From Bugula neritina (Eukaryota > Animalia > Bryozoa), in contig OZ037766.1 of NCBI GenBank assembly GCA_964035545.1, positions 15,552,722 through 15,616,721 on the forward strand: a stretch of DNA of 64,000 nucleotides, written 5' to 3'. Below are positions 37,065 to 52,072 of the stretch, one piece after another. A program made the position numbers and the translations under genes. The number at the start of each line of letters is the position of its first letter. Within the stretch, counting starts at the first letter, position 1. Below the pieces are notes generated by a model. It made no database searches and was not told the DNA's origin. It was given only the letters and a program-made list of their open reading frames with translations.

Positions 37065-37474
37065 ACTCAAAGTAATAAAAAATTTTCAATTGTATTTGCA
37101 CAATTTGGAGAACAGCTCAGTTCAATCATTCAACTGCTATTTTACTCCTTTGTCTGCTTCTGTAATTAAATGATAAAGTTTTTGCTTCTCAATTTCAGCA
37201 AACAATAAAGTTTTATAAACATATCTAATCTTTGTTAATTTATCTATATACATGTAGAATCAGTGTAATACTATAACTATACACATTACGCTTGACAGCA
37301 AAATGAAAATAATTTATAATATAATATTCTAGTCCAGTTCTAGTCTTTTAGTTTTTGAGTTACATGACAACTAATATACCTGCTGACTACGTGTATTCTC
37401 ACTGCGCAGTAATGTCAACAAATCTGCCTTTGTGCCTTTTGTGCATCATTAATCACAACGTTGAAGTAGCACAA

Positions 37475-37781
<307 letters not shown>

Positions 37782-38741
37782 GCCTATATTATATTTATAT
37801 TTATAAAAGCAATTATATACAAAGTCTACATTTGCAATATCAACATATAACATGACAATACATGAAATATCAATTCTGCAATTGCAACCCATATAATAGC
37901 AAAACCTGTAATCAAAACATATACAATTTAACCACATACTATATTGTAACAAAATACATAACAGAAACTTTATAATATCACTTTAAATCTATAGTTTTGT
38001 TATAGTAGTAATGTAGAGCTCATAGTATATAAAACTCCTGAATTGTTTAGATTTAAATACATTAAATTATTTTTTATCAAAATTAAATAAAATTTGGGTT
38101 TCTGTATAAAAATAAAAAGAACTCATTTTTTTGGGAAGCAAACCATCCTTCTACCAGCCAAAATAAAATCTCTTGCAAAACTTCTAACTATAATTATTGC
38201 AACGGGAAGGTTGAAAACATGTATCACATAAACAAGTGACAAACAAAACCTGATGAATAATTTTAAACTAACAGAACTCAAAGTACATATCCTGACAGAA
38301 ATGGTGCAACTCTGCCGGTACTTGTGTAATGTGCACACTACGTAACATATATTATTGCAACCTGAAGCAATACAATCATGCATATGTTGTTGGTTCCTTG
38401 TTGTGGTAAACTTAACATAGCTTGAACTTTGACATTTTTTCTGGTATATAAGTTAGCTGAATTGTCTATTGAGGTTATTCCAAACCAGCAAGTCTGTAAA
38501 AGCCTTCTACTAAGAATAAACTTAATGTAAGTATAAAAATTTCTCTCATTATATAAAGTTGAAACTATCATCGTACTATACAGCTATAAATATAGTCTGC
38601 TCTATATAGGTGGAAAACTTTGAAAAGTATTATTATATTTATTTCGGTGCAAACTAAGTTTCAATACACATTGTGCATTCAAGGAAAAATATTATGTTTT
38701 ATTTTCACAAAATGGTGATATTATTTTAGAATTTAATCAAA

Positions 38742-40198
38742 ATGATGCAAACTAAAGTCAGCGCTATATTTTCATTGGTGACAATAGCTGTGGTTTCTGC
38801 CAGCTATATTGGACCTAATCCAACAACTACTACTCAACCACCCTACCAACCAACTACACCTGGGCATATTGTTGGTGAGTTACATTTTGTGTTATATTTG
38901 ATTAAAAAATTTTAATTTCATAGTTGTAGCAATTTAATCTGCTGAATATTTTTCCAACAGCTGTTTTAGTTTGAAAATTTAGGCGAAAATTTCATTAGGG
39001 TTCAGTAGTAGGAGGTGGTGTATAATATAAAATTTAGGGTTCAGAAGTAAAAGGTATATGATAGTATACTGTGCTAGAATTTTTCATTGAATCCCAGCAA
39101 TTTCACAATAATTGTCACAAAAATAGATATCTTAAGATTTGTGTTGTGTCAATAATCCATCAAGCCGTGCATATTGCCAGCATATATCAAAAAGCAAAAC
39201 CTCTAATCAATGCTGGAATGTTCCAAGAATTGTGATAATAAAGTTTAGCAATACCTCACTAATAAATTTCAGTGGTGAATACATGTACAACATATTACAT
39301 GCAATTTTTGCAAAACAATATTTGTATGTGCTTTTATTTATCTATAGGAAATATATTTGTTAAACTTTTAAGAAAAACATATCAGACATTGCTGTCAATA
39401 TATTGACAGATATTTGTATAGTAAATATTTATTTATTATGGGCAACAACTCAGTATTTACATTTCATGGCATTGTGAAATTTATTAATTGGCTATTTTGA
39501 AACAAATGCATTGCTATTTTATGTTTGTAACTTTAGTTGATGAGTGCACCTGCTTTGAGAAGGGTAACTACTACTCCCCAGTATCAAGTGATGATTGTAG
39601 AAGTTTCACTCAGAGAACTGCTTTCCTCCCAGCTGAAACTCTAAAATGTCCATATGGTCTACAGTTTGATGTGAAAACTTGTGTCTGTAATTTTCCTACG
39701 GATACTGTCTGTCCACAATACTGCCCTGCACCTTATACCCCAACTCCTAACCCTGGGCGTAAGTATACATGGAAATTACATGTCAGTATTTCTTATTCTA
39801 TGTATTTATAATAATTAGAGAAACACCAAATCAATCTTATATAGCTTGGTTGACCTGCTATATGAAATAATCTTGTAAAATTAAAATAACATATAATAAT
39901 TTGCAGGGAAATTATTTTTAATTAGGAAAAAAAGTTTTTGGTCTCATACAAAAGTGAAAATTGGCATTTCAAAATCTGAGCACAATTTAGCAAGTTCCAC
40001 ACATTATCCTGTATTTTTACAGCAAGCTGCACAGAGAATGGAAACACATACAGACAAGTACCTGGTACACACTGTCAGAAATTTACTCAAGAGACAGCTA
40101 CACTTCCTCCACAAGTTCACTCCTGTCCTTATGGACTTAAGTTTGATTTAGACACATGTGTCTGCAACTTCCCAGCCCTCACAACTTGCTCTGTATAA
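38742..40198 (+). CDS. Secreted peritrophin-like protein, copy 2
   Basis: Exons 38742-38874, 39537-39758, 40023-40198; frame intact. Confidence 0.9.
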
Positions 40199-43100
40199 AC
40201 TCAATGTAATAAAATTTTCACTTCTATATTTGCACAATTTGCAAAACAGCTCAGTTCAATCATTCAACTGCTATTTTACTCCTTTGTCTGCTCCTGTAAT
40301 TAAATGATAAAGTTTTTGCTTCTCAATTTTAGCAAACAATAAAGTTTTATAGACATATCTAATCTTGATCAATTTATCTATATGTAGAGTCAGTGTAATA
40401 CTATAATTATATACATTACGCTTGACAGCAAAATAAAAATTATTTATAATGTAATATTCTAGTCCAATTCTAGTCTTCTAGCTTTTTGAGTTACATGAGA
40501 ACTAATTTACCTGCTGACTATGTGTATTCTCACTGCGCAGTAGTGTCAACCAATCTGCCTTTGTGCTTGTTAGCACCTTAGTATACTATATCATATTTTT
40601 GAGTCATTATAGAATATACTTTGTTCATCATCAATTCCAACGTTAGACTAGCACAAACCTACACACACACTCACACACACACCCGCGCACACGCGCTCAC
40701 GCGAGCACACGCACACAAGAACACACGCACGCACACACACATGCACACACGCATACAAGAACACTCACAAACACAGACACACACTTTACAGTATTTTATC
40801 AAAATATTAATGAACTAATTGTGTTGCATAGTATTGTAGATCAATACATTTATAAAAAAGTAGAGCTATTTGTAATGAAACTTAATTTAATTTTTAGATG
40901 GCCAAGCTCATACAGTTAATAAATTCAGGTGATGCGTGGAGGATGCAATGAGCAAATTGAAAAATTTGTTGTCTATATATATTAGAAATAACTGAACTAG
41001 GACTTGAGACTATCAACATTTTTCTAGCTACTACTGCACCTAAATAAGTTACAGCTGTAATAAATATTCATAATAACTCCAATCAACTATACGCAAGGAG
41101 TTGGTTCAAAAGTTTATATCGTTATGCCAACAGTTATTTTCTGAAGAAATCAATAATGTGGTCACTAAATCTATTTTCAGTCATTTTTGAGATCTTTATA
41201 TAGGTATGTTTTCTGAATTATTTTTTATTTTTATAATAACAATTTCAGAACAGAATATTCAAGAAACAGGAATCTGTAGTGCTTTCTATACTGTAACATC
41301 TGAAACAACTCATATGCCATCACTATGCAAATATGCACTGATTCCATGAATTAAATGCATGTTTTGTGCAAAATATGAATGTCAAAAATTGCAAAAATCA
41401 ACAAGAAGATTTAATTTGTTGAACATCAGAACAGGCTAAAACCATGCTTTTTTTCCTACATCGTAAAATTGCAAATTTGTTACAAATTTATTATATAACA
41501 CTACTCAACGAACTATTTTTTGCTGTTTTTACAGATGAAACAATGAATTAATAAAAATATTTAACATACGATAAATGATACGATATTGAATACCAAAATT
41601 TGAATATTATGCTCCACCAAAATTATGGCAAAAACACATATTTATATAATGATAGCACACATTATAATGCAAGTATATAAAACGTGTTAGTTTAAAATTC
41701 GTGGTACCAAACAATTACAGTTCAAATTAAAATGGTTGTTTAAGGAAGTCAATTATAAGCAGGTTATAGAATTGAAACATTTTTCAAATTCTTAACACTA
41801 GCTGTAAGATGACATATGAGCATCAACCGTGTCCGAGTACTTCACACATAAGCTTCTTTCAAACATGTCTGATTAGTTATATAGTAAACAAAGTTCTGAG
41901 CTTTAACCCTGTAAGAATTTGCAATGCAACTATTATGTTTACTATTTGGAGACTTGAAAGATCAAATCCTTTGTGGACCAGGACACATTATTTAGCAAGA
42001 GGTTACTGACATGCAATGTTAGCTATCTACGTAATTCCTTATCAGTATAAAAACACAGGCCTAGTGATATCATAAAATGTGAAATTATAAAAAACACTCA
42101 CATTGCAACTTGCCAAAGGGAAGAAACAATAACTGTAATCTGACGTGATACGTGTGACTCAAACTCAAACTTGAAATCTAATATTAGCTTTCATCAGTTG
42201 CCTTATAAATAATACTATAATAAATTACCAATAACTGCAAGTACAGCAATACCTGTCATGATCTCTACTCTAGGAATCATGACAGTCTTATTTCTAAATG
42301 ACCATTAAATCATTGTATGAAACAACATAATGGATCTATAAATTGAGTGGTCTTCAAAACAGATTAATTGGGAAACAAGTCATAAAAGGGTGGGTGCTTT
42401 TAAAATAGTGTACATCAGATTTTAAAACAAATAAATTTGTATATTATAGTTTAAAATATTGAATTTTAATTATTTTCAATTTTCAATATACGTATAGAAT
42501 TATAATTAGTCATGTAATTATAACATATTATTAAGCAATAAAATTATCTCGTAATTTGGGCTTCTCTGTGCCAAATTAAAATTAGAAATGGATCAACTTG
42601 TTATGTGGTTTTAAGAAAAAAACTGTAGGTTCTAATTCATTCTATATGGCACAAAATTATAAGTGTATATGTATACTGAATTAATAGTACAGTTTGAATC
42701 AATAGCCATAACATATAAAACTAAAAATTATCATGAGCTCTAATTATATTTATTGCTAATTTCTAAAATTGTGTTATGCAATTTAAACTACAGTAGTTGA
42801 TGAAACATTTTCTAGAGGAATGTGCAAACTGTGTAAGAAAAGTAAGTCAATACATAGAAGGTATTTATACATTAGATTTCAAGTGCATCGGAGCTTATAC
42901 ACTGCTGAATAAAATTATATATAAATAAAATACTGTATTAGAAGAAGTCCGCAGTTTCCATAGAGAGGAGGTTTAGGCAGAAGTCTGTATACATAAAATG
43001 AACTGCATAGGCTATTGCTTTGCTTATTTGATGTGTTTAGTATGTAATCACTTTCATTATGAGGATGAGAGTTGATAAATGTATCTTATTGACAACAATT

Positions 43101-45656
43101 GAAACAAGAAAAATAACAGTAGAATATAATGATTGTGACTTCTCTAATCATCATGGACTATAGTGGTATATGACACACATGCAGACTAACAAACTTTACT
43201 TCATTTTGTTGCATATTATGTAGTACTATATATGTTGTAACACCATGCACCACATTATCATTGTTTCTGTAAATAGTAAATCATTTGAACAATAATCAGT
43301 TGGCATAGTACAATAATAAATTAAATAAAAGGTTCACCACGATGTAGTGTTTTCTGTAAAAAAATATTTTCTGCACATGATTTTTTCAATAGTTACCAAA
43401 TAGCTTTTTGAGTTAAAAGAATTTTGAAACTTGGATTATTAACTCTTTAACTTTTGCTACACGGTTAACAATTTTATATTGCTCATTCAGCAAATATTTA
43501 GGTAGTATCGATTTTCATAAAGTATGTTGTGGTTTAGATTGATGAAGAATTGCAAAGCAAAATATGTGTCTTTATCTATATGCATTATAGTAGACAAAAC
43601 TTAAAGCAGATGCTGTACACAGATTGAGTTATATATTATATAGATATATATTTCTATTTGAAATTAATATTCATAACAAAATTAGCAATTAGTGCATGCC
43701 TACACAATTATTAATACAACCCCATTCCTCACATTATTCACATAAATTTTCTATCAAGACAGCGTGTCAATCAAATGAAACCGCCATTGTGCATATGAAC
43801 ATCCGGTACAGATCTATTCGAAGCATAGGAATGCAGTAATTGAAAGATGACCAACTCATTTAATTTCTATACCAATTATCAATTATCAGTTATCAATTCA
43901 CAATTATCAATTATGCGCATTAACTAAAAAGTTTACCAAAAAGCTTAAATCGTAATTGTAAACTGATACAGAAAAGCTTGTTCACAAAACTTTAAAATGT
44001 GTAGACCCTGTGAAATATGAATATGGAGAAACAATATATTTTTTGTTATTAGTTTCAACTAGTCTCTATAAATGTTGAAACTGGTAATCAACAAGACCAA
44101 ACTTATAGCCTACAATATGCCCTTATCAGCCAAAACAAACAGGCGATGATGTCAATTATGTAAAGATATAAAATATTGCAGGCCCAATGTTCTGCTTACA
44201 ACATTATGAGTATATATGCAGTAATAAACAAGTTTATGATTATTTTATCTCCTCGCACAGGGTGACAAACTGGGACAAAATATATTAGCTGAGTTACAAT
44301 TTTGGCTTTTATACACACACACAGCGCAAGCGCTCACGCACACATATATATTACACTTATATTTATATAAGCAATTATATACAAAGTCTACATAAGCAAT
44401 ATCAACATATAACATGGCAATACATGAAATATCAATTCTGCAATTGCAACCTATATTATAGCAAAACCTGTAATCAAAACATATACAATTTAACCACATA
44501 TTATATTGTAACAAAATAAATAACAGAAACTTTATATATCACTTTAAATCTATAGTTTTGTTATAGTAGTAACGTAGAGCTCATAGTATTATATTAGCAG
44601 CAATGATTTTGATGGTGCTTCCTTGCGCAAGCTTCTATTTTACAAAAAAGTTGGACACCTACATCTGACAATCAAAACAAAATTTCATTAGATTTGGAAA
44701 AATTTTCATGAAGATCTTATTGCTTTTCAGCTGCATGTTTTTGCATTAATTTTTATATCTATAAAATATATATGCTGAAGGCTATAATCATATTTCTTAA
44801 ACTGGTTATATTATTAACTTTTTTACAGTCTATTGCATGCAGTCCAAAGTATGTTGGGCCTATGTATTGTTTTAGATGTTGGCTTAGTTTTTAGTCATAG
44901 ATAAGACTCCTGAAGTGTTTAGATTTAAATACACTAAATGATTATTTATCAAAATGAAATAAAATTTGGGTTTCTGTATAAAGATAAAAAGAACTCATTT
45001 TTTTGGGTAGCAAACCATCCTTCTATTAGCCAAAATAAAATCTCTTGCTGAATTTCTAACTATAATTATTGCAACAGGAAGGTTCAAAACATGTATCACA
45101 TAAACAAGTGACAAACAAAACATGATGAATAATTTTAAATTAACAGAACTCAAAGTACATATCCTGACAGAAATGGTGCAGCTCTGCTCATACTTGTGTA
45201 ATGTGCACACTACGTAACTTAAATTATTGCAACCTGAAGCAATACAATCATATGTTGTTGGTTTCTTGTTGTGGTAAACTTAACATAGCTTGAACTTGGA
45301 CATTTTTTCTAATATATAAGTTAGCTGAGTTGTCTATTGAGGTTATTCCAAACCAACAAGTCTGTAAAAACCTTCTACCAAGAATAAACTTAATGTAAGT
45401 ATAAAAATTTATCTCATTATATAAAGTTGAAACTATCACCATATTATACAGCTATAAATATAGTCTGTTTTATATAGGTGTGAAACTTTAAAAAGTATTA
45501 TTATATTTATTTTGGTGCAATCAAAGGCGCAATCTAACTGTTTTTAAAGCAAACTTGTCTTTTTGAAACTAGGTTTCAATACACATTGTGCATTCACGGA
45601 AAAATATTGTGTTTTATTCTCACAAAATAGTGATATTATTTTAGAATTCAATCAAC

Positions 45657-47089
45657 ATGATGCAAACTAAGGCCAGTGCTATATTTTCATTGGTGACATT
45701 AGCTGTGGTTTCTGCCAGCTATATTGCACATAATCCAACAACTACAACTCAACCACCCTACCAACCAACTACACCTGGGCATATTGTTGGTGAGTTACAT
45801 TTTACTTTACATTTGATTAAAAAGTTATATTTCATTATTGTAGCAGTTGAACCTGCCAAATATTCTTCCAACAGCTGTTTTAATTTGAAAATTTAAGCAA
45901 AAATTTAATTAGGTAAGAGGTGGTGTATAATATAAAATTTAAGGTTCCAAAGTAAAAGGTATATGATAGTATACTGTGCTAGAATTTTCTATTAAATCCT
46001 AGCAATTTCACAATAATTATGTCACAAAAATAGATATCTTAAGATTTGTTTTGTGTCAGTAATCTATCAAGTCGTGCATATTGCAAACATATAGCAAAAA
46101 GCAAAACTTCTGATCATTGCTGGATTGTCTCAAGGATTGCGATGATAAAGTTTAGCAATACCCCACTAATAAATTTCAGTGGTGAATACATGTACAACAT
46201 ATCACATGCAATCCTTACAAAACAATAGTTGTATGTGCTTTTATTTATCTATAAGGAAAATATTTGCTAAACTTCTAATAATAATATATCAGACATTGCT
46301 GTCAATATATTGACAAATAGTTGTATAGTAAATATTTATTTATTATGGGCAACAACTCAGTATTTACATTTCATGACATTGTGAAATTTATTAATTGGCT
46401 ATTTCAAAACAAATGCATTGTCATTTGATATTTTTCTATTTTAGTTGATGACTGCACCTGCTTTGAGAAGGGTAACTACTACTCCCCAGTATCAAGTGAT
46501 GATTGTAGAAGTTTCACTCAGAGAACTGCTTTCCTCCCAGCTGAAACTCTAAAATGTCCATATGGTCTACAGTTTGATGTGAAAACCTGTGTCTGTAATT
46601 TTCCTACGAATACTGTCTGTCCACAATACTGCCCTGCACCTTATACCCCAACTCCTAACCCTGGACGTAAGTATACATGGAAATTATATATCAGCATTTC
46701 TTATTCTAAGCTATTATAATAATTAGAGAAAAACGAAATCAATCTTATATAGTTTGGTTGACCTGCTATATGAAATAATCTTGCAGAATTAAAATAACAT
46801 ATAATAATCTGCAGGGAAATTATTTTGAATTAGTAAAAACAGTATTTGGTCTCATACAAAAGTGAAAGTTGGCATTTTGAAATTTGAGCACAAAATATTT
46901 TGTATATTTACAGCAAGCTGCACAGAGAACGGTAACACATACAGACAAGTACCTGGTACACACTGTCAGAAATTTACTCAAGAGACAGCTACACTTCCTC
47001 CACAAGTTCACTCCTGTCCTTATGGACTCAAGTTTGATTTAAACACATGCGTCTGCAACTTCCCAGCCCTCACAACTTGCTCTGTATAA
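45657..47089 (+). CDS. Secreted peritrophin-like protein, copy 3
   Basis: Exons 45657-45789, 46445-46666, 46914-47089; frame intact. Confidence 0.9.
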
Positions 47090-47117
47090 ACTCAATGTAA
47101 TAACATTGTCACTTCTA

Positions 47118-48877
47118 CAGTGCTGTGAAAAAGTTTAAGGACGCCTCACTGTTTTCCATAATAGCAATGTTCCAAGCTAATTTTAAGACATAACAAAAGC
47201 ATTTCCATAGGCATGGTGCCTATCAAAATGATCCTTAAGATCTCCTTATCTCATTCATATAAGTTATTAATGCCTCTTTCTACATTCTCTCAAAATTAGG
47301 GTGAAACAGTGAGATACTATCCGTATATGGGAATTATTCGATGCTCTCACAATTTGTGTGTACTGTATGACATCAGAATATTTTACTTAAACTATAGAAA
47401 AATATTATATGGGGTTTTTATACACCCTATAGCAGCATTGCAACACACAGTGCACTCAATTTTAGTATCAATATTTTGTGGGCCAGCCTTTATTCTTAAT
47501 CAGAAGTCGGCATCGACTCGTACAGCTTCTCCAACTCGCTTTCAGTCACGACATGATGCCATGCATGAATTACAGACTCTATGAGTGTCACCTTAGTTGT
47601 TGGCTTCTTTGAGGAGACTATTTTAGCCATTCTTGATCATAATTTTTTATAGGGTTCAAGTCAGGGCTTCGTGCTGGCCAGTTGAGCGTTGAGACCGTCT
47701 GCTTTTTCATTCATTCTTTAATACTCTTCTCCCAATGGCATGGTGCATTGTCATCTTGAAATATGAAAATTTCATTTAAAAAAAGTTTTTTTATAATTGG
47801 AAGAAGTTTAGCATTGAAATTATCTATATATTTTTGGGTATTAACATCATTCCAGAGCAAATACTGAGTCGACCTACACCTTTTGATGTTATACAACCCC
47901 AAAACATAACACTGATTATAGGGTGCTTAATTGTTATAAGTATACATTGGCGGCTATATTTCTCATACTGGTATCTTCTAACACAGCAGTTTCCAGGATG
48001 ATTGTCCACATTAAATATGGATTCATCTGAAATAATTACTTTTTCTAATCATTCACTGTCTAACTACCATGCTCCCTGGCCCACCGTAGCCGGTTTTTTG
48101 CTGCTTCTCGGTTGGTAGAGGCTTCCTCTTGCTTTGCGGCCATGTAGACCATGGCTCAGCAATCTTGCCTTATCAGGGATGTCAAAGCCGGTGTTCCTGT
48201 TAATTCTGACCATTCCTTGCCAACTCAGGACTTGTTTTATGGCGATCCTTTTTTACTGATCCCAATGAGAACCGTGTCATCTCTGGGTGTGCTTAGTTTT
48301 GGTCGTCCACTTTCAGGTCCATCTGCTACACTGCCAGTCTCCATAAACTTCTTGATAATTTGATGTACAGTTGTCTTTGCTTTGCCAACCTTCTCAGATA
48401 CTTTCCTAATTGAATAACCTTCCTTATGCAAAAAAATTATTACAAACCTTGTTTCTGAAGTAAGATTTACAGCTCTCATTTTGTCTATGCGCAGCACCCA
48501 AGTGGACACCATGTAAAAGCTCACAACTGAATGACAGGTTTCAAATTATGAAGGAAAGTCATACCTTATGATAACATGATGCCATGCACTAAGTCAAATT
48601 TCACTATTTAGCCTTTTGTGGTTATAAAAAGCGATAAACTTTGGTTACATAAAAATACAGGAGTTGCGCTTCTCTAACTGCTTGTGTAGTTGGCCCGAAA
48701 ATGGGTGGAAAACATCACAAAAGTAAGAATTTATAAGGTGGAAATTGTAGTTCACATTCTAAGGGTCATTTTGATATATAGAACTTGCAGGAAAATGTTA
48801 ATAACTTACAAGAAATGCCTATTAAACAAGATACATAGAAATTTCTGCAAGGGTCCTTAAACTTTTTCGCATTACTG
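47118..48877 (-). mobile_element. Tc1/mariner (Tc1-like) DNA transposon, full length, decayed
   Basis: Imperfect 27-bp TIRs (CAGTGCTGTGAAAAAGTTTAAGGACGC vs CAGTAATGCGAAAAAGTTTAAGGACCC). TA TSDs at 47116-47117 and 48878-48879. The empty site CACTTCTATATTTGCAC is present behind copy 2. Confidence 0.93.
47468..48479 (-). pseudogene. Tc1 transposase pseudogene
   Basis: HTH region and GRPK, SDES, VMFWGC, FQDDNAPCH, WPARSPDLNPIK (E to K), ending GWPTKY*; several frameshifts and stops. Confidence 0.9.
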
Positions 48878-49789
48878 TATATTTGCACAATTTGCAAAAC
48901 AGCTCGGTTCAATCATTCAACTGCTATTTTACTCCTTTATCTGCTCCTGTAATTAAATGATGAAGTTTTTGCTTCTCAATTTCAGCAAACAATAAAGTTT
49001 TATAAACATATCTAATCTTTGTTAATTTATCTATATGTAGAGTCAATGTAATACTATAATTAAATACATTATGCTTGACAGCAAAATAAAAATAATTTTT
49101 AATACAATATTCTAGTCCAGTTCTAGTCTTTTAGCTTTTTGAGTTGCATGACAACTAATTTACCTGCTGACTACGTGTATTCTCACTGCGCAGTAATGTC
49201 AACAATTCTGCCTTTGTGCTTGTTAGCACCTTAGTATACTACCGTATTTTTGAGTCATTATAGAATATACTTTATTCATCAGCAATTCCAACGTTAGACT
49301 TGCACAAAACTACACACGCACACACGCACACACACGCACACACGCGCATACACGCACATAAGAACACACGTACACACGCACACACGCACACACGCACACA
49401 CGTACACACGCACACATGCACACACAAGAACACTTACACACACACGCACTTTACAGTATGTTTATCAAAATAATAATGAACTAATTTTGTTGCATAGTAT
49501 TCATAGATCAATAGATTTATAAAAAAGTAGAGCTATTTGTGATGAAATTTAATTTAATTTTTAGATGGCCAAGCTCATACAGTTAATAAGTTCAGGTAGA
49601 TGCATGGAGTATGCAACGAACAAATTGAAAATTTTGTTGTCTATATATTAGAAATTAACGAACTAAGACTTAAGACTATCAAAACCTTTCTAGCTACTAC
49701 TGCACCTAAATAAGTTACAGCTGTAATAAATATTCGTAATAAATCTAATCAACTATATGCAGAGAGCCGGTTCAAAATTTTATATCATT

Positions 49790-50560
49790 ATGCCAACAGT
49801 TATTTTCTGAAGCAATAATGTGGTCACTAAATCTATTTTTAGTTTTTTTATATACGATTTCTGAATTCTTTTTTTAATTTTATAATGACTTTTTTAAAAC
49901 AGAACGTTCAAGAAACAGCAATCTGTACCGCTTTCTATACTTGAACATCTGAAACAACTCATATGCCATCACTATGCAAATATGCACTGATTCCATGAAT
50001 TAAATGCATGCTTTGTGCAAAATATGAACGTCAAAAGTTGCAAAAATCAACAACAAGATTAAATTTGTTGAACATCAGAACACGCCAAAACCATGCTTTT
50101 TTCCTGCAACGAAAATTGAAAATTTGTTACAAATTTATTATATAGCACTAATCAACAAACTATTTTGTGCTGTTTCCAATATCCATATGCCAACAATTAT
50201 TTTCTGAAGCAATAAATTATGTGGTCACTAAATATATTTTTAGTTTTTTTTATATATGGTTTCTGAATTCTTTTTTTAATTTTATAATGACTTTTTTAAA
50301 ACAGAACGTTCAAGAAACAGCAATCTGTAGGGCTTTCTATACTTCAACATCTGAAAAAACTTATATGCCATCGCTAATCCCTGAAGTAAATATTTTGTGC
50401 AAAGTATGAACGTCAAAAGAAGCAAAAATCAACAACAAGATTAAATTTGTTGAATATCAGAACACACAAAAACCATGCTTTCCTTCCTACAACATAAAAA
50501 TGCAAATTTGTTACAAAATTATTATATAACACTAATCAACAAACTATCTTTTGTTGTTTT
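49790..50560. repeat. Local tandem duplication of about 395 bp of spacer
   Basis: TGCCAACA.TTATTTTCTGAAGCAATA...CACTAATCAACAAACTAT occurs from about 49792 and again from about 50188. Confidence 0.8.
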
Positions 50561-50617
50561 TACAGATAAAATAATAAATTAATAAAAATATTTACCATAC
50601 AATAAACGATATGATAT

Positions 50618-50971
50618 GGCAAAAAGTTAAAAAGTAATGTAGTTAATTACAATTACAAATACTTTTGTTCTCATAAGGGATAAATAGAAGTTAGGGTTCA
50701 AATACCAGGGGCAATTTTGACAGTGCTGAATTTCTTTTGTTCTCAGCAGTGATACTATATACTACATTAAATTATAAATCTGAACTTGTTAGTTAACAGT
50801 GGCATGGTAGAAAAAGTATGAAACTCCTAAGATTTAAAAGTTTTAAGTAATTGACATGTAATTATAAAGCAATTGCAAAAAATCAATTACATTAGATATG
50901 TAATCAACGACAATTACAGCTACAATTACATTATCATACATCAATTACAAATTACAATTACCCCAACCCTG
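50618..50971. mobile_element. Possible MITE-like insertion with AATTAC-rich ends (second copy at about 61708-62060)
   Basis: Repeated (C)AATTAC motifs near both ends and a right terminus TTACCCCAACCCTG. Absent from the homologous spacers near 41600-41750 and 55500-55670. Confidence 0.45.
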
Positions 50972-51996
50972 TTTATAAACAGGATACATAATTGAAATAT
51001 TTTTCAAATTCTTAAGACTAGCTGTAAGATGGCATATGAGCATCAACCATGTTCGAGTATTTCACACATAAGCTTCTTTCAAACATATTTGAGTAGTTAT
51101 ATAGTAAACAAAGTGCTGAGGTTTAAACCTGTAAGAGTTTGCAATGCAACTATTATGTTTACTATTTGGAGACTTGAAAGATAAAATCCTTTGTGGACCA
51201 TGACACATTCTTTAGCAAAAAGTTACTGACATGCAATGTTAGCTATCTACGTAATTCCTTATCAGTATAAAAACACAGGTCTAGTGATATCATAGAATGT
51301 GAAATTATAAAAACACTCACAATGAGAAGCATGCCAACAGGAAGAAGCAATAACTGTAATAACATGATAAGTGGCACTCAAAATGATTGTAACATCAGTT
51401 GCTGTCACCTCCACTATACAATATATCATAATGTTAATCATATCCTATCATGTGCATTTTATTTAGATATATAATTAGACAAAAATCTGTCTACATACAA
51501 TGAACTGGCTAATATTTTGTTTATTTGTTACGTTTACCGTTTAAACAGTTTCATTATCAGGATAGGAACTGATTACCCTACCCCAGTGACATCAATTGAA
51601 TCAATCCAGTCAAAATATTAGTGTCATGATATTGACCTGATCTCTGATCATCATAGACTAGTGGCATGACACACATGCATACTAATAAACTTTGCTTCAG
51701 TTTGTGGCATGTAATAACATGTTGTAACACCAACACAACATTATTGCTCTTGTAAAATGTTCATTCTTTAAACACTCATCAGTTGGCAGAGCATATGATC
51801 AGTTAAATACAATGCTTCGCCATGATGTAATAATATCTGTAAAAAATACTTTATATTGAGAAAAACTATCTTTTGCACACAAGTTTTAATACAATTACCA
51901 ATTTAGCTTTTAAAGTTAAATTATTTATCTTTTGTAACACTGTTAGAAATCTTATATTGCGTATTTAACAAATATCTAATTAATATCAAATGTGTT

Positions 51997-51998
<2 letters not shown>

Positions 51999-52066
<68 letters not shown>
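51999..52066. repeat. (TA)n microsatellite
   Basis: Seen directly. Confidence 0.95.

Positions 52067-52072
<6 letters not shown>

Noticed and set aside
40217-40235. Extra TA behind copy 2 read as a Tc1 excision footprint
   Set aside because: Copy 3 has TA-element-TATA, so its pre-insertion site was already TATA. Copy 2 is simply the empty allele.
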